A stretch of DNA of 62,985 nt, filler included, from Rhabdomonas costata (Eukaryota): the NCBI GenBank assembly GCA_019059605.1. It is 54 parts of 54 records of this genome, joined end to end, with 100 filler letters (N's around TTAATTAATTAA, not from the genome) between each part and the next. Parts side by side here need not be neighbours in the genome. Positions count along the whole stretch, not along the records: positions 50,237 to 51,304 come from JAHMHO010030350.1; positions 51,405 to 52,472 come from JAHMHO010030351.1; positions 52,573 to 53,640 come from JAHMHO010030352.1; positions 53,741 to 54,809 come from JAHMHO010030353.1; positions 54,910 to 55,977 come from JAHMHO010030354.1; positions 56,078 to 57,145 come from JAHMHO010030355.1; positions 57,246 to 58,313 come from JAHMHO010030356.1; positions 58,414 to 59,481 come from JAHMHO010030357.1; 46 more parts are not named here. One strand, given 5' to 3'. Both the position numbers and the translations under genes were made by a program. Position 1 is the stretch's first letter; each line of letters begins with the position of its first letter. Below the pieces are notes generated by a model that was not told the DNA's origin, ran no database searches, and worked only from the letters and a program-made list of their open reading frames with translations. This document shows positions 51,272-62,985 of this stretch, in pieces.

Positions 51272-54200
51272 CTGCGGGGGGGGGGGAGGAACGTCCACAG
51301 ACAANNNNNNNNNNNNNNNNNNNNNNNNNNNNNNNNNNNNNNNNNNNNTTAATTAATTAANNNNNNNNNNNNNNNNNNNNNNNNNNNNNNNNNNNNNNNN
51401 NNNNGTTTGTGTTGCTGAAGAGGTCCCCATATGTTTTCTGGTCTTTCCGCACGCGTGCGTTGTGTGTGGAAGCACGAACCAATGACTTACTTCAGGAGCC
51501 ACAGCAGATGACATTCGGTGTCACCACGTGCACGTAATGAACGATCGTGAAGTACTCCTGACCGTTGTAGGCTGTTGGTCCATCCTCCGATCAAAGCATC
51601 TTTTTTCGGGATGCAGACACATCCCACGACACTGCATCCTCCGCATCCGGTTATTCAAACCAACATCAACTGCATAGCTGTGTAGTGAGGACGCCCCTGT
51701 CCACACCGCAACGAAAGGGCTATGGTGCTCAGCTCAAATAGGCAAGAGGCAAGAAGTGAGGACAGATGCTGCGGAACAGCGCACCACTTCACTCCGCTGC
51801 TGGAGGACCGGGACCGCACGCCGCGCCCCTTGGGCTTTGCTTCAGGCGGCCGTCGTGAGCTGCTGCTGCTCCGAACGGTCTGCGGGGGCCTCGCGGGGCC
51901 CACGGGCGCTGTGGAAACCCAAACCCAATTTGACTCACAGAGAAACGTCGAGAAGAGAGAGAGGGAGAGCTGAGGGAAGATCTGGAAACTCTTCTGAGCA
52001 GCACAAAATGGCCGGAAAGCCGTGCTCAACAACACAGCAACCATCCTGTCGCAGCCTTCAACAATTACCAGTACAAACAGACAAGTAGATGCGGTAAAAG
52101 CGAGCACGGATGGAAAACAAGAGGGTCCTCGGAGAGCTCTGAACGGTTTCCTCTTTGAGCAAAAGCGTGAAGGCAGACTGGCCATCGCATCCGCTTGCCT
52201 ATTGCCCCACCCCCGCCGCCGCCAGCCGCCATTGCTTTGACTTTGGCCTCGAGAGAGCACGCAAAAAAACCTTGGTAGCGAGTGGTCCCGCGAGGAGGGT
52301 AGGCGAATCTCTCCTCGTCGTCGTCCTCCATCTCCGGCTCCGGCTGCCGGGAGAGCATCCCCATCATGTGAGAGGCACCCGCCGAAGGCCACTCGGGCGC
52401 GGAGGGGGCCAAGTTGCGCCCAGGAGCACTGCAAGAAAGGTGATGGTAACAAGCCCAGTCAGAACACAACAANNNNNNNNNNNNNNNNNNNNNNNNNNNN
52501 NNNNNNNNNNNNNNNNTTAATTAATTAANNNNNNNNNNNNNNNNNNNNNNNNNNNNNNNNNNNNNNNNNNNNTGTGTTGGGTCCTCATGCAATATGCAAT
52601 GTTCCACATGGGAACCTGTGAGTGCCCAGAGAGCTTTCCGGAATGAAATGCTTTCCTTCATAACATGGAGAGGAACGAATTTCTTATCAAGGATTTGCGC
52701 ACACGTACGACGGGAAGAGCAGGAGGGGTGCAGAGAAAGACTACCCAGTCTCTCCCGCAGTGGTACTCGCACCCCATGGGTCACGGTCCACACTCATTGT
52801 GAAGAGCAACAAGAACGTCGCACAGCCAAAAACCGTACACGCAGTAAGCAGAATATCTGTCAGGAAAAACGTAACTAACCAAAAAGTTGCAAAGCTGAAA
52901 GTCGGTGATTCGTACCTGGGAACCCAACTTCTGGTCATTTAACGGGGCATGCTTTCTGCAACATTTTCTTGGCAGAGCGCCGTGCATGTGTGTGCATGTG
53001 TAATGTTCAACTGGAACATTCAACATTCGCTTCAACAGCCAAGCGCAATCGAGATACCCCCCCCCCGGGAATTAACGTCAACACCTGGAAGGGGTTCAGG
53101 TTTTGGCTTCCGCTTCACATAGAATTAGGCAACTCCAGAGGCAGCGGAATTCTCGACGCCCCAAAATGAAAGGTAGGGCAACAGTGAAACGGAAATAAAA
53201 TCTCTTTCATAAAGTCAGCAACGGGGCTAAAGAACCCCTGGAGACGCAACTTAGAGTAAGGAGACCGCACAAAGACCCGAGACGTCAGGTCTTGGTCACT
53301 CACAACCAACATCAGAGCGGTGCGATTTTTGTACACTGTCAACTTCATATCACAATTAATGCAGGAAAACAAGCCCATCAAGAGCTGCGAGTTGCGGTAC
53401 TTCTCCTGCAGCAGAGGCATCCATGCGGTGCATCTTTACCCAGAATCGCCACAAAGGAGGCTTTGGTGGAAGGCTTGAGAGAGATTGGATGCAGAAGCGT
53501 CTTGCACAGACGAAAGCCGCAAAGGAGGCTCAAGTGCAAGCCACAAAAGACTCTGGCTCAGACCAAACCGCGGTACTCCCCAAGAGCCACCACAGACGAG
53601 GTGTTAACAGACTGAACTGATTCTGTGTGCCAAAAACAACNNNNNNNNNNNNNNNNNNNNNNNNNNNNNNNNNNNNNNNNNNNNTTAATTAATTAANNNN
53701 NNNNNNNNNNNNNNNNNNNNNNNNNNNNNNNNNNNNNNNNTGTGTGTGGGAATTTGTTGCACGGGTGCGGTTTTTTTGCGGTTTGCAAACAAAGGCAATC
53801 GGGCTGTTTGCTGCCCGCCCACCCGGCACGTGAACATGAGCCGCAGTGCCCGAGTCAGCTGGCCTAGCAAATCCGGCATACCCCTAGTCACATCCCGCTC
53901 GAGAAGTCCCGCGGGCGTGGAGTGGATTGGTAACTAAGGGAGACACGATGTGAAGCCAGTGAGTCAGCTGGCGAGGGAAGTTTGGCTGGTTAAGATGCTG
54001 AGAGGGGCAAGATTACGTGCCACATCACACCGCACCCAAGGCGGGAATAGTCCAGAACGACGCAGTTCGTACAGGAATTTGGCACAGGACGAACCGAATT
54101 TCGCGGATGTGCAGTGGCTCTTCCTCAATGATGGATGCATTCATGCTGGCTTTGTTGGTTTCACCGGATCTGGCGTATTTCTGTGTGTCCGTGCGTGCGC

Positions 54201-54723
54201 GACAGGGGAATTTCGGCCCGTGGCGCCCAGTAGAGGATCCCCAATGACGGTATATTGCATGCTGACCCCCATTCTTTTGCTCTCCTGTGCTAAAGGCTTT
54301 TCTCGGAGTTGACCGCTTAATACGTTCACGTATATGTATGATGACCTCTCACAGCACAGTGTAAAGCAGTCGCGGTTTCGGAGGTGTCAGTGAAGGATAT
54401 TGCCCACGAGCAGCGCGCATAACTCTGTTTGTCTTCGGACATAAGGTTTTTGTGCGAAGTATTACGCGTTGCGTGTGTGGCTGACAGGGTGAGCTGTCTT
54501 ATGCAGCTGGTCCGAACCTGTTCTCAAAAAACCCCAAAGCAAGTTTCTTGGTATAGCCCTAAGCAGACGTCAGGTCAGAGCTGAAAAGGGAGTCCATTTT
54601 AGAGGTCGGGGAACACGAACTTCCATGAAGTCTCGGTTCGACCATTTTAACCAGCCAATTGGCGTTTTTTTTCATGCGACCGTGTACCTCAGCTGCTGAT
54701 GCATCTGACGTACACGCAACGGA

Positions 54724-54788
54724 CACCTCACCTCACCTCACCTCACCTCACCTCACCTCACCTCACCTCACCTCACCTCACCTCACCT
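54724..54788 (+). repeat. (CACCT)13 microsatellite
   Basis: Read directly from the sequence. Confidence 0.95.
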
Positions 54789-56077
54789 CACCACACCACA
54801 CACCCCAACNNNNNNNNNNNNNNNNNNNNNNNNNNNNNNNNNNNNNNNNNNNNTTAATTAATTAANNNNNNNNNNNNNNNNNNNNNNNNNNNNNNNNNNN
54901 NNNNNNNNNGTTTTTTCTGAAATACACCCAGTACTTGAGCGTATCATAAAAAATGTGATCGAGCTCAAAAGCCTAGAATGAGACTGTAGGGCGCTGTGCT
55001 TGGGAGGGAGGGAAATGGCACATACCACCCATTGTCCAGTGTACCGCTCATGCCGGGCCCTTGGGCCCAGGACCTGAGAGGCCTGGTTGAAGTCAGCATC
55101 AGACGGGGGTTGTGGGGAATTCCGCTGTGGCGCTGCAGAGTGCAAAACACATCCAAAAATGACAGGGCCGCACCATGGATGCTGTTGTAGTGAACGTAAT
55201 GGAGCGGGATGGACGCCTTTCAGCAAACATCGCTGTCCCCTGCTTTTCTTTTCACAGCAATACTCTCATCTCTGTGCTCATATTTTCACCCCTCGGGGGC
55301 TGTGATACAAACCTCACCGCAGCATCTTCAGCATGTAGCATGACCAAAACGGCTGTCCAAGTACACAACAAGGCAAACATCATGACTTCAGGTGGTGGAA
55401 GGTCACGAGCGTTTGTTCGTCACAAATCCACCCGGTTAAGGACAACGCTGTTGAATTGGTCTGAGCAACTTTGCGAAGGATAGCGCTTGTGAGGAGTCGA
55501 CCCGAATAGGGGCTCCAATGATGCAAAGAGGGCGGTTGCCAGGGGAACGCATTGGTCAGCAGGACACACCCGAGGATGGCTTCGACGGTTTGCCTGCCTG
55601 CAGCGCCAGCTCGGCGTCCGTCGGAGGCTCCGTAATCCAGGTCATGGTACCCTCTCCCCACCTCTGGTTGTCCTTCCATTCCCCTGAGCCGAAGAGAACT
55701 CAGTCGAGTCCCTTTCCACAGCGAGGAAAGCAGGGTAAACCACTGTTAGCGGTTACCCACGTCACCAATCTTCTCAGTCTTTGCGCAGCCCTTAATAAAT
55801 TCATTTCTTTGTGTGGTGTGCCACGCTCCGCCTCTGCACTCCCACGGCGCTTTTGTTATATTTTATTATTATTGTTATATTTTGGTATCTTTTCGAACGG
55901 TTAGAACTGCTGCCCAAGTTGCCCAAGTGTCGGAAGTGCCGAAATATAACAATAATAATAAAATATAACAAAACCACNNNNNNNNNNNNNNNNNNNNNNN
56001 NNNNNNNNNNNNNNNNNNNNNTTAATTAATTAANNNNNNNNNNNNNNNNNNNNNNNNNNNNNNNNNNNNNNNNNNNN

Positions 56078-56531
56078 CGAGGCGACGCCCGAAGAGGGGA
56101 CTGTGGGGTGAGTCGCGTAGGGCTACAGGTTGGGCCCGTGCAAGCCGTGCCGCTTCCCTGCCTCTCTGGGCTGCTATAGAGCCCCTCAGGACCTTGCATT
56201 GAAAATTGCGAGCTGGAGTTCATACTCTCCTCGGAAAAAGCGCTGTTCTGAGACAGACCCTCGGAACTCAGCGTCGCTAGGTAGTCATGAAGGAAGCTAT
56301 CGCTGTCTTCAGGGCAGCCCTGCAGGGCAGTGGTGCGGGCCGAAGACGCGGGCTTCCCGGTTTTTGGAGTTTTAGGGCTGCACGGGCGCTCGGATAAAGG
56401 AGAGAGTCGGCGGCTGGGATGGGATTTGCCGGCTGAGGGGGCAGTGCGAGGGGAGCCGGCTTGTCTGCCGGTGCTGGCGCCGGACACCACAGCTGTTAGA
56501 AAACTCCCGGTGTCTACCGTCCGCAGAGTCT
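56078..56531 (-). CDS. Probable exon of a Ser/Pro-rich disordered protein
   Basis: Long open frame after CAG; low complexity. Confidence 0.35.
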
Positions 56532-57746
56532 CTGGGCCGGAGAAGGTACATGTGTGCGGAGTGTGAGGAGATGTATGCGGTGTGATTTTCTGAGATAGCC
56601 TGGAACCTCCATCGAAGGATCCTTCTAATAAAGGAATTATGCACCATAAAAATTCCCTGGCGTACACCCTCACACCCACCACACGGAAACTAGGCTGAAG
56701 GGCTGAAGAGTGTAGAAAAACCGGGCAAAGAAGCTCACGATCAGATTTTTGTGAATTAGTAGCAATAACGAACTAAATTAAGCAGTAAGCGCGTTCGCCC
56801 CTGTCGACGGTCGGCATCGCTGATCATCGCAGGACGGGGAAGGAATGCATCATAACCCAGAGCGAGCCATTAACACATGCAGAACAAGGCTAACCGTCTC
56901 GAAAAGGACAGACCTGGAGACCGCGAGCTGTAAGACTCCCTTGGGGGAACCATCACCTCGCTGCTGCGAGGTGAGTAGGAGGACGAGGAGGAATGCAGCA
57001 GAAGGGGCGTTTGTCCCGAAGGTGAGCACGCGTGAGACACGTGGGACCTCTCAAACGCCACCAATTCCTGGGTGGAAAAGCAACCGAGGATGGGAGGGGG
57101 CCCAACTTTCACTTTCCATTTTCACTGCGTCCTCCCAACCCAACANNNNNNNNNNNNNNNNNNNNNNNNNNNNNNNNNNNNNNNNNNNNTTAATTAATTA
57201 ANNNNNNNNNNNNNNNNNNNNNNNNNNNNNNNNNNNNNNNNNNNNCCTGTACCGGGTAGCAGAGCGACGGGGGGTGGTGCGGCGAGGGCCGCCGGAGACA
57301 GGTCCTGCAGAAGGGGGCGGGAAATGACTGTGCTGGTGCGGCTGCGGGGATGGCTGCTGCTTCGAGGACGGCTGGACGACCTCACGCAGGGAGGAGTGCA
57401 AAGCGCAGGTCAGGGGGTGATCACGGCCAAGGTAGGCTGGAAAGCAGAGGTGAGCGTCGAGCCAAGAGAACTGGAAATCACCGACAGCATCCTGTTTACC
57501 ATCCACCCCTACTCACGACATCAGCAAGGGTCTTTCTGCAGGGCCTTTTTCGAAGCGGCAGCTACGTCCTGCAATCCTGAAAAGCCGAGCCTTTAAATCC
57601 GGATGTTGCCTCCCCTTCCCCCTCACCCGTCCAGGGTGCGCAAAAAAGGCTGATTTACGTGTGTGTGTGTGTGTGTGGATGTGTGTGTATTTTTATGTGT
57701 GTATGCATTTTTATATGTGTGGAATCGGAGGTGGAGGGGGGCGTAC

Positions 57747-58141
57747 TTTGGGCGTACACCAGAGCCTCCGAGAAGGGGGTCCAGCTGCGGCTGCCCCGCT
57801 CCCCGACGGGTAGACTGTAGTGCCGCGCCACGGCCAGGTTGTGCAAGCATACCGCCAGCAGATGTCTGGGTACGTGCACGCCGCGCCAACACGGAAGATG
57901 AGTGCGGTCGCGTGCTATATCTCCAAGAGTGTCGCATATGTGCTTTCAAACCGGACCCCTCCATACAGCTTAGGGCATGAAGCAAACGACCCACCTCTGG
58001 GCACACCTGTCCTCTAGGCTATGGCTTGCAACCGAGGCACGCAGCAGCTCCACTGCGCGAGTCAGAGGGGACACCGCCTCCTTGTACCGCTTCAGGGCAA
58101 TCAGAACAGCAGCGCAGTTGTTCAAGGTGCTGGAAGCCGTC
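57747..58141 (-). CDS. TPR-repeat protein, two exons (~58141-57995 and 57865-57747)
   Basis: TLNNCAAVLIALKRYKEAVSPLTRAVELL and LAVCLHNLAVA, typical TPR helices. Confidence 0.7.
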
Positions 58142-58485
58142 CTCCCTCCCCCACACCCTCCACAGCCCACTCAGCCGACCACCCAGCACTTCCTCAAGCA
58201 CAAATTACGCTTCCCCTTCTCCTCGTTGCATGCGGCTCTTGTCACGTGCCTTGGCTGAGCAAAGTTACCCAAAGACTTCATATGGCGCCTGGGTCACGTG
58301 AAGCGGGACTGTTNNNNNNNNNNNNNNNNNNNNNNNNNNNNNNNNNNNNNNNNNNNNTTAATTAATTAANNNNNNNNNNNNNNNNNNNNNNNNNNNNNNN
58401 NNNNNNNNNNNNNGGGTTGGTGTGAGGTGGGTGTGTCCCGTGGGCTGTGCCGTCTCGGGTCGAGGGCGCAGTTTGGCTTCAGACA

Positions 58486-59476
58486 ATGTCTGCCGGTGGC
58501 TCCGCGAGTGCATTGTGGTCTAAGGTGAAGACGCAGTCTGCGTTGGCTCTGGCCTTAGGCGCACTGCAGCCCTTCTCGGTGGCATTCAAAGTCGTTCGCG
58601 AGGGCGGAATCCCTTTTGTCGTCGTCACTGCCAGCGCCCTTGCTGCGAAACCCCTCTGGCACCCGGAGGTGGGGTTTTTGTGCCACCTTGGTTCGGCTCC
58701 GGATTCAAGCTCTGGATTTATGGGTTTCGTTCTGGCTGGCTGGTGGCACGTGCCACGTTGGCCTTCATAGTGCCCCAGTGGTGGTTTATCACAGTCGGTT
58801 GGTGCGTCGGCTTAAAGCTAGTTATTCTACCACTGGTTTCAGGCCTCGCGGATGCGACAAAGGGCAACGTTGGTAACCGCTGAGAAAAATTACGCCGCGA
58901 AGGCACGTTTGAGGGAAATCACATGTTATAGCGAAAATCTTTTTTCCTACAACGTCGACTATTGTTAGGTTACGGTTACGGTTACTTCTGGGTTCTGATG
59001 GCCCTTTTTTTTTTGCTTTGTTAAAGCGGTCATTATGAGACGAGGCTTGCCTTCAGTGCTGCGCCTCTACACTTTTCCAAACACCCATTGCCTGCGCACC
59101 GCTCAGGGCGTTGCTCAGCAGCCCACGAACCCGCTGCTGCGCCACGAGCCTGCGCTTTTTGTAGACAACCTCTCCCCCACGCACAAGCTTCTACTGAACA
59201 AGTTCTGCGTGCAGCCCTACCACGTACTCGTCTGCACCCGGGAGTCTCACAGCCAGACAGGTGGAGCCCATGCCGCTACCCACCTCGCCAATTCCAGCGC
59301 CCCCACTGCCATTTTCCCGTTTCGGTGTAAAACTAGGTGCGGGGGGAATCCCACATTATGAGATACGTGTACGGATTTGCCCCCTTGCCCCGTTTCCTCG
59401 CAGAGCCTCTGAACGAGGCGGATCTGTGTGCCACGTGGAGATGTGTGGTGGAGCTGAACGGGCTTGGCTTCTACAA
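58486..59476 (+). CDS. ATP adenylyltransferase / Ap4A phosphorylase (Apa1/2 family); exons 58486-58668, 59107-59260 and 59404-contig end
   Basis: LW..V.....AL..GAL, GIPFVV, NP.L..EP.LFV..LS.TH.LLLNKF.V...H.LV.TR...Q.EPL..AD..A.W......GL.FY. Confidence 0.88.
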
Positions 59477-59581
59477 ACACANNNNNNNNNNNNNNNNNNN
59501 NNNNNNNNNNNNNNNNNNNNNNNNNTTAATTAATTAANNNNNNNNNNNNNNNNNNNNNNNNNNNNNNNNNNNNNNNNNNNN

Positions 59582-60263
59582 GGAGATCATCCGGCCGTGC
59601 AAACTTAAGGGCAAGAAAGGGTCTTTGTTTCTCGGTTTCTTCAGGACGGGTTTGACGTTATCTATTTCGGGTTTCTGTTGTTATGCGTCCTGTTCCGCTT
59701 GGTCCCGTCGTAAGGATCAATTTTGTGTCAAGTGCGGACGGATAAAGTCTCCGTCGGTGCCCATAGTTTTATGATGCGGCCAGAGAGCCATCATCCGATT
59801 CCGAAGCAAACAATTGTGGAAGCATGCCCGGGAGTTTTTCTACTGGTATGTTTATTAAAACCTCCCGGAAACGCTACGTGGCCGTTTGCACCCGCAGCCG
59901 GGGTACCCTTGCCCTCCTGGGGCCCTTTCTTTTTCTTTTCTTTTTTTAATCTTTTGCCGCCTCGTTCCCCAACAACAACAACATACAAGAACCGCACCCT
60001 TATCCCTTATCGAAGCGTTGACAAATGGCTCTGGGCCGCCACCTGGGGCAAACTATCTTTCAGCCCCCATCCCTTCCCACATACGGATGGTTTTCAGGTG
60101 GGCCTTTGTGTCCTTTGCCGCGGCGTCCTCGGCCCAAGCAGCGGTTGCCGCTGGGAAGGTTCAGGTCGCAGGCGCAGTGGCCACAGTGATCCTCCCGCAA
60201 GGGGCTCAGGGCGGCGGGCCGATTCCCAAGCCTTGCCCAAAGCCTGCTGCCCAACCAAAGAAG
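59582..60263 (+). CDS. RRM RNA-binding protein; exons 59582-59620 and 60098-60263
   Basis: Splicing creates RNP1 KGWAFVSF followed by helix SSAQAAV. Confidence 0.7.
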
Positions 60264-61936
60264 GTTGTTACCCCTCCTCGCTTGGGCAGGAGAGACCTCG
60301 TCTGCTGGTTTTTGCTTCCCTCCCTCGAACTTTCTTGTATGTGGCTAGAATGGACACACCAGCCAACTCGAGGGCAAGTGACTGCTTTATGTTTGCTTTC
60401 GATCGCACGCCTCCCTTTTACAGGAGGAAAAGTTTCCCGTTCAGGCAAGCCCTCTGGCCAAGGGCGCAAGTGAGGCTGACTACTTTGAGGCCTTTCAGTG
60501 CTATGGGAAAATCCGCCGGCCATGCAAGTTGGTGCCCCAGAAAAAGTATGCGCGACCATTCTCACAACGATTTTGTTCTATGCGCGCCCTTGCATGAGCT
60601 GCAATGCAAATGGTAAAATTGGGAAATGCTTCTCCGCCCCCACACCCCCNNNNNNNNNNNNNNNNNNNNNNNNNNNNNNNNNNNNNNNNNNNNTTAATTA
60701 ATTAANNNNNNNNNNNNNNNNNNNNNNNNNNNNNNNNNNNNNNNNNNNNCTAAGCATAAGCGCTCCTGTAGGAAGCACTGGAAAAGTTGATGACCTTTCT
60801 TGAACATTGGTGTGCTTGTTGTGCGCCACATCCTTGACTGCTGGGTAAGATGGCTTTTCTCCTGTAATTTTTCTTATTTTCTTTTCTATTGATAATCTTG
60901 TTGTGACAGTTGTCCATCTGCCGCTGATAGAGAGATTGTGCTCCTCACTCTCTCTTTTTTTTCCCGGCTTCCTTCGCGCTTCGGGAAGAGCGGTGCATTT
61001 GTAGCGGTTTTGTCTTGTCTATTTCGAGCTACGACCGCGGCGTATTGAGTGATTTGCATTGTGAATCATGGGTTGAGTCGTGGATGATCCTCACCCGACG
61101 ATGTTCTCATTGCTGTTGCTGTGGAGTGAGTTGAGTATATTCTCTGTGTGATAGTTTCTATTAGGGTTGCGATTCGAGAATTTCTCTTTCTGCCTTTTGC
61201 CCCGTTGGTATTTCAGGGGCACCTTCGTGTCTGTACGTGTACAGTGTGTCATTTTGCATGTGCAAAACCGTGTGTTGTGGTTGAAGTTTGAATGTCGGGC
61301 AGAAGTTGGCTTAACTTGTGGTGGAGCTGAAGCCGAGGGTCTGTGGTGTGATGGCTGGCTCGTATTGGGCGGTCTGGAGCACTGCTATTTTCGGGGTCTG
61401 GGGGTGCGGACGTGCATATGGAATATCGGGTTTGGTGTATACGGCTTGACAACGTTATACAGTCATTGTAAAAAACTTCAGAATTGGTTTCCCTCCCTTT
61501 TTGGTCATTCCAACTGACTATGTCCAAGGGCTTCTTTTGTTCCTTGCTGGGCTTTGGTGAACGAGTGGGACTCGTCCAGTTAAGAGGAGGGGGCACAGCC
61601 TTGCGGCGGCCGGCAAGCGACTCAGGCCTTACGTTATAAGTTATGGCGTATGTCTACATTATACGGTATGACAAAGGAAAACTTCACAAGGCGAGTTGTT
61701 TGACAATATTGTTCACAATTCCGGTGTGCCGACTCTTGTCTTGCATCAAGCAGTACTTGAAGCGTCACCAATAACGTCATGTTACCGTTAACACCCCCCC
61801 CCCAAAACACCAACACANNNNNNNNNNNNNNNNNNNNNNNNNNNNNNNNNNNNNNNNNNNNTTAATTAATTAANNNNNNNNNNNNNNNNNNNNNNNNNNN
61901 NNNNNNNNNNNNNNNNNGGTTGTGGGTCACACGAAC

Positions 61937-62168
61937 CTCGAGGAATCACCAGGTCGATCTTGCCCTGCAGCTTCAGCACCTGCGAGACCCAGGCGCGCTC
62001 CTGGGCCTCCGTCTCGAGCTGCACCAGCGTGATCGGCTCCACCCCAGCCGGCAGCTCGGAGTGGATGGCCTCCCGCAGAAGCTCAAACAGCACCTTGTTG
62101 CTGTGGTCCGCCTCCTTGCCGGCCTTCAGCAGCAGCCCGTTGGCCGACGCCAGGGCAAGCGCGGAGAC
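61937..62168 (-). CDS. P5CS: Gamma-glutamyl phosphate reductase domain exon (P5CS/ProA)
   Basis: SALALASANGLLLK.GKEA.HSN ... IDLVIPRG; the NGLLLK variant is typical of bifunctional P5CS. Confidence 0.88.
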
Positions 62169-62985
62169 CTGAGCACGCACAGTTGCCTCTGGCATTGCTG
62201 AGGCGGCTCTGCTCTGCTTTGGAGGGTTACTAATGTTCTCCCGCTTCCTGGCCGCTACTGGGAGGGTGCTCGTTGTCTTGTCCGCGGTTGGACGGGGGAT
62301 GTTGAGGAATCGCAATACAATACACTGTTACAATATATCTGTGCGTTTGTCCGGTCTGCTTTTTATCCCTCCCTTCGCCTCTTGTTTTTTTTAGCTGTTC
62401 GTCGTGGTTATTCCTGATGCTGTTCATGGTGATGCCATTCAGCCTGAAGCGTCTTCTTCTGTCTAGGAGCCTCGAGTCACCTTCTCTGAATCTGACCGTC
62501 CCTTAAGATGATCCTTTGTCTTCTGCTGGAGTGTTGCATATGCGCCCAGTGTCTTCTGCCTGCAAAGTTGGATATCCGCGCTCTAATTCCTCTGCTGACG
62601 ACTTTTTGCACAGGCGACCCCTTAGCTCTTTAGAGGTAGTATCGTCAGTTTCTACACTGTAGGATTCCAACAGACGAATTTGCAGGAGGGTTCGAGGGGG
62701 ACGGACGGGTGTCCCGAGATTCGAATAGAAACTTTTACATGGAAAACCGACGATTCCAGGATGTCCGCAGCGCTCCACACTGCTACACACACTTCGTGCA
62801 CAAGCCATTGTTTTGATGGAGGTTTTCTGAATCCAGCGGGACTTTCGAATAATCCCCCACTGGCTGGCCGCTTCTCGGGGTACAGATCACCCCTCCGCTG
62901 CTGCGCGGAGGTTTGGGGAACCTCGATAACTCATTACCCCTCCCCTCCTCCTAGACACACACATACACTACTTCACACCCCACAA

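Noticed and set aside
55851..55973. AT-rich ~30-bp inverted repeat
   Set aside because: Contig-terminal with an imperfect inner priming stem: same signature. The (TG)n/(CA)n pair at 45565-45655 is similar.
59723..60616. 297-aa ORF (also 51655-52452 and 23319-23969)
   Set aside because: These run through intronic and low-complexity sequence. In 59723-60616 the real RRM exon is in another frame.
161..62168. Euglenid-type non-conventional (non GT-AG) introns
   Set aside because: Every intron I could anchor by protein homology has GT-AG ends with compatible phases
1..62985. Functional clustering of neighbouring genes (e.g. GH5, GH43 and UXS1 as a glycan locus)
   Set aside because: The contigs are unlinked and appear ordered only by length

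Overview
This window is not a continuous locus. It is about 54 unrelated contigs of about 1.07 kb each, joined by an artificial 100-nt spacer (N44-TTAATTAATTAA-N44). Gene neighbourhood across spacers means nothing, and ORFs running into X are artefacts. The DNA is from an intron-rich, flagellated eukaryote (protist-like): short GC3-rich exons, GT-AG introns, a CFAP57 gene and TTAGGG repeats. A euglenozoan origin is plausible but not provable here. Recognisable gene fragments are a GH5 glucosylceramidase/steryl-glucosidase-like enzyme, a GH43-like enzyme, an ABCG/PDR transporter, NDUFV2, a TRPV-like channel, CFAP57, a SPRY-domain protein, UXS1, a YAK1-like kinase, a PPP phosphatase, PRA1, a REJ-domain protein, a ferric reductase, TPR, LRR and RRM proteins, Ap4A phosphorylase and P5CS. 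Repeats include a frameshifted Merlin/IS1595-like transposase, the 3' end of a CRE-like non-LTR retrotransposon, several dispersed repeats and an interstitial telomeric array. I found no convincing novel multi-gene system. The best leads are a regularly spaced array of tRNA-like Pol III units (30792-31320), an in-frame TAG inside strongly coding-like sequence (10566-10568), the Merlin element, and a Cys-rich insert in the GH43 enzyme. The striking contig-end hairpins and A/C tails look like library-preparation artefacts. All family assignments come from my recognition of motifs, not from database searches.
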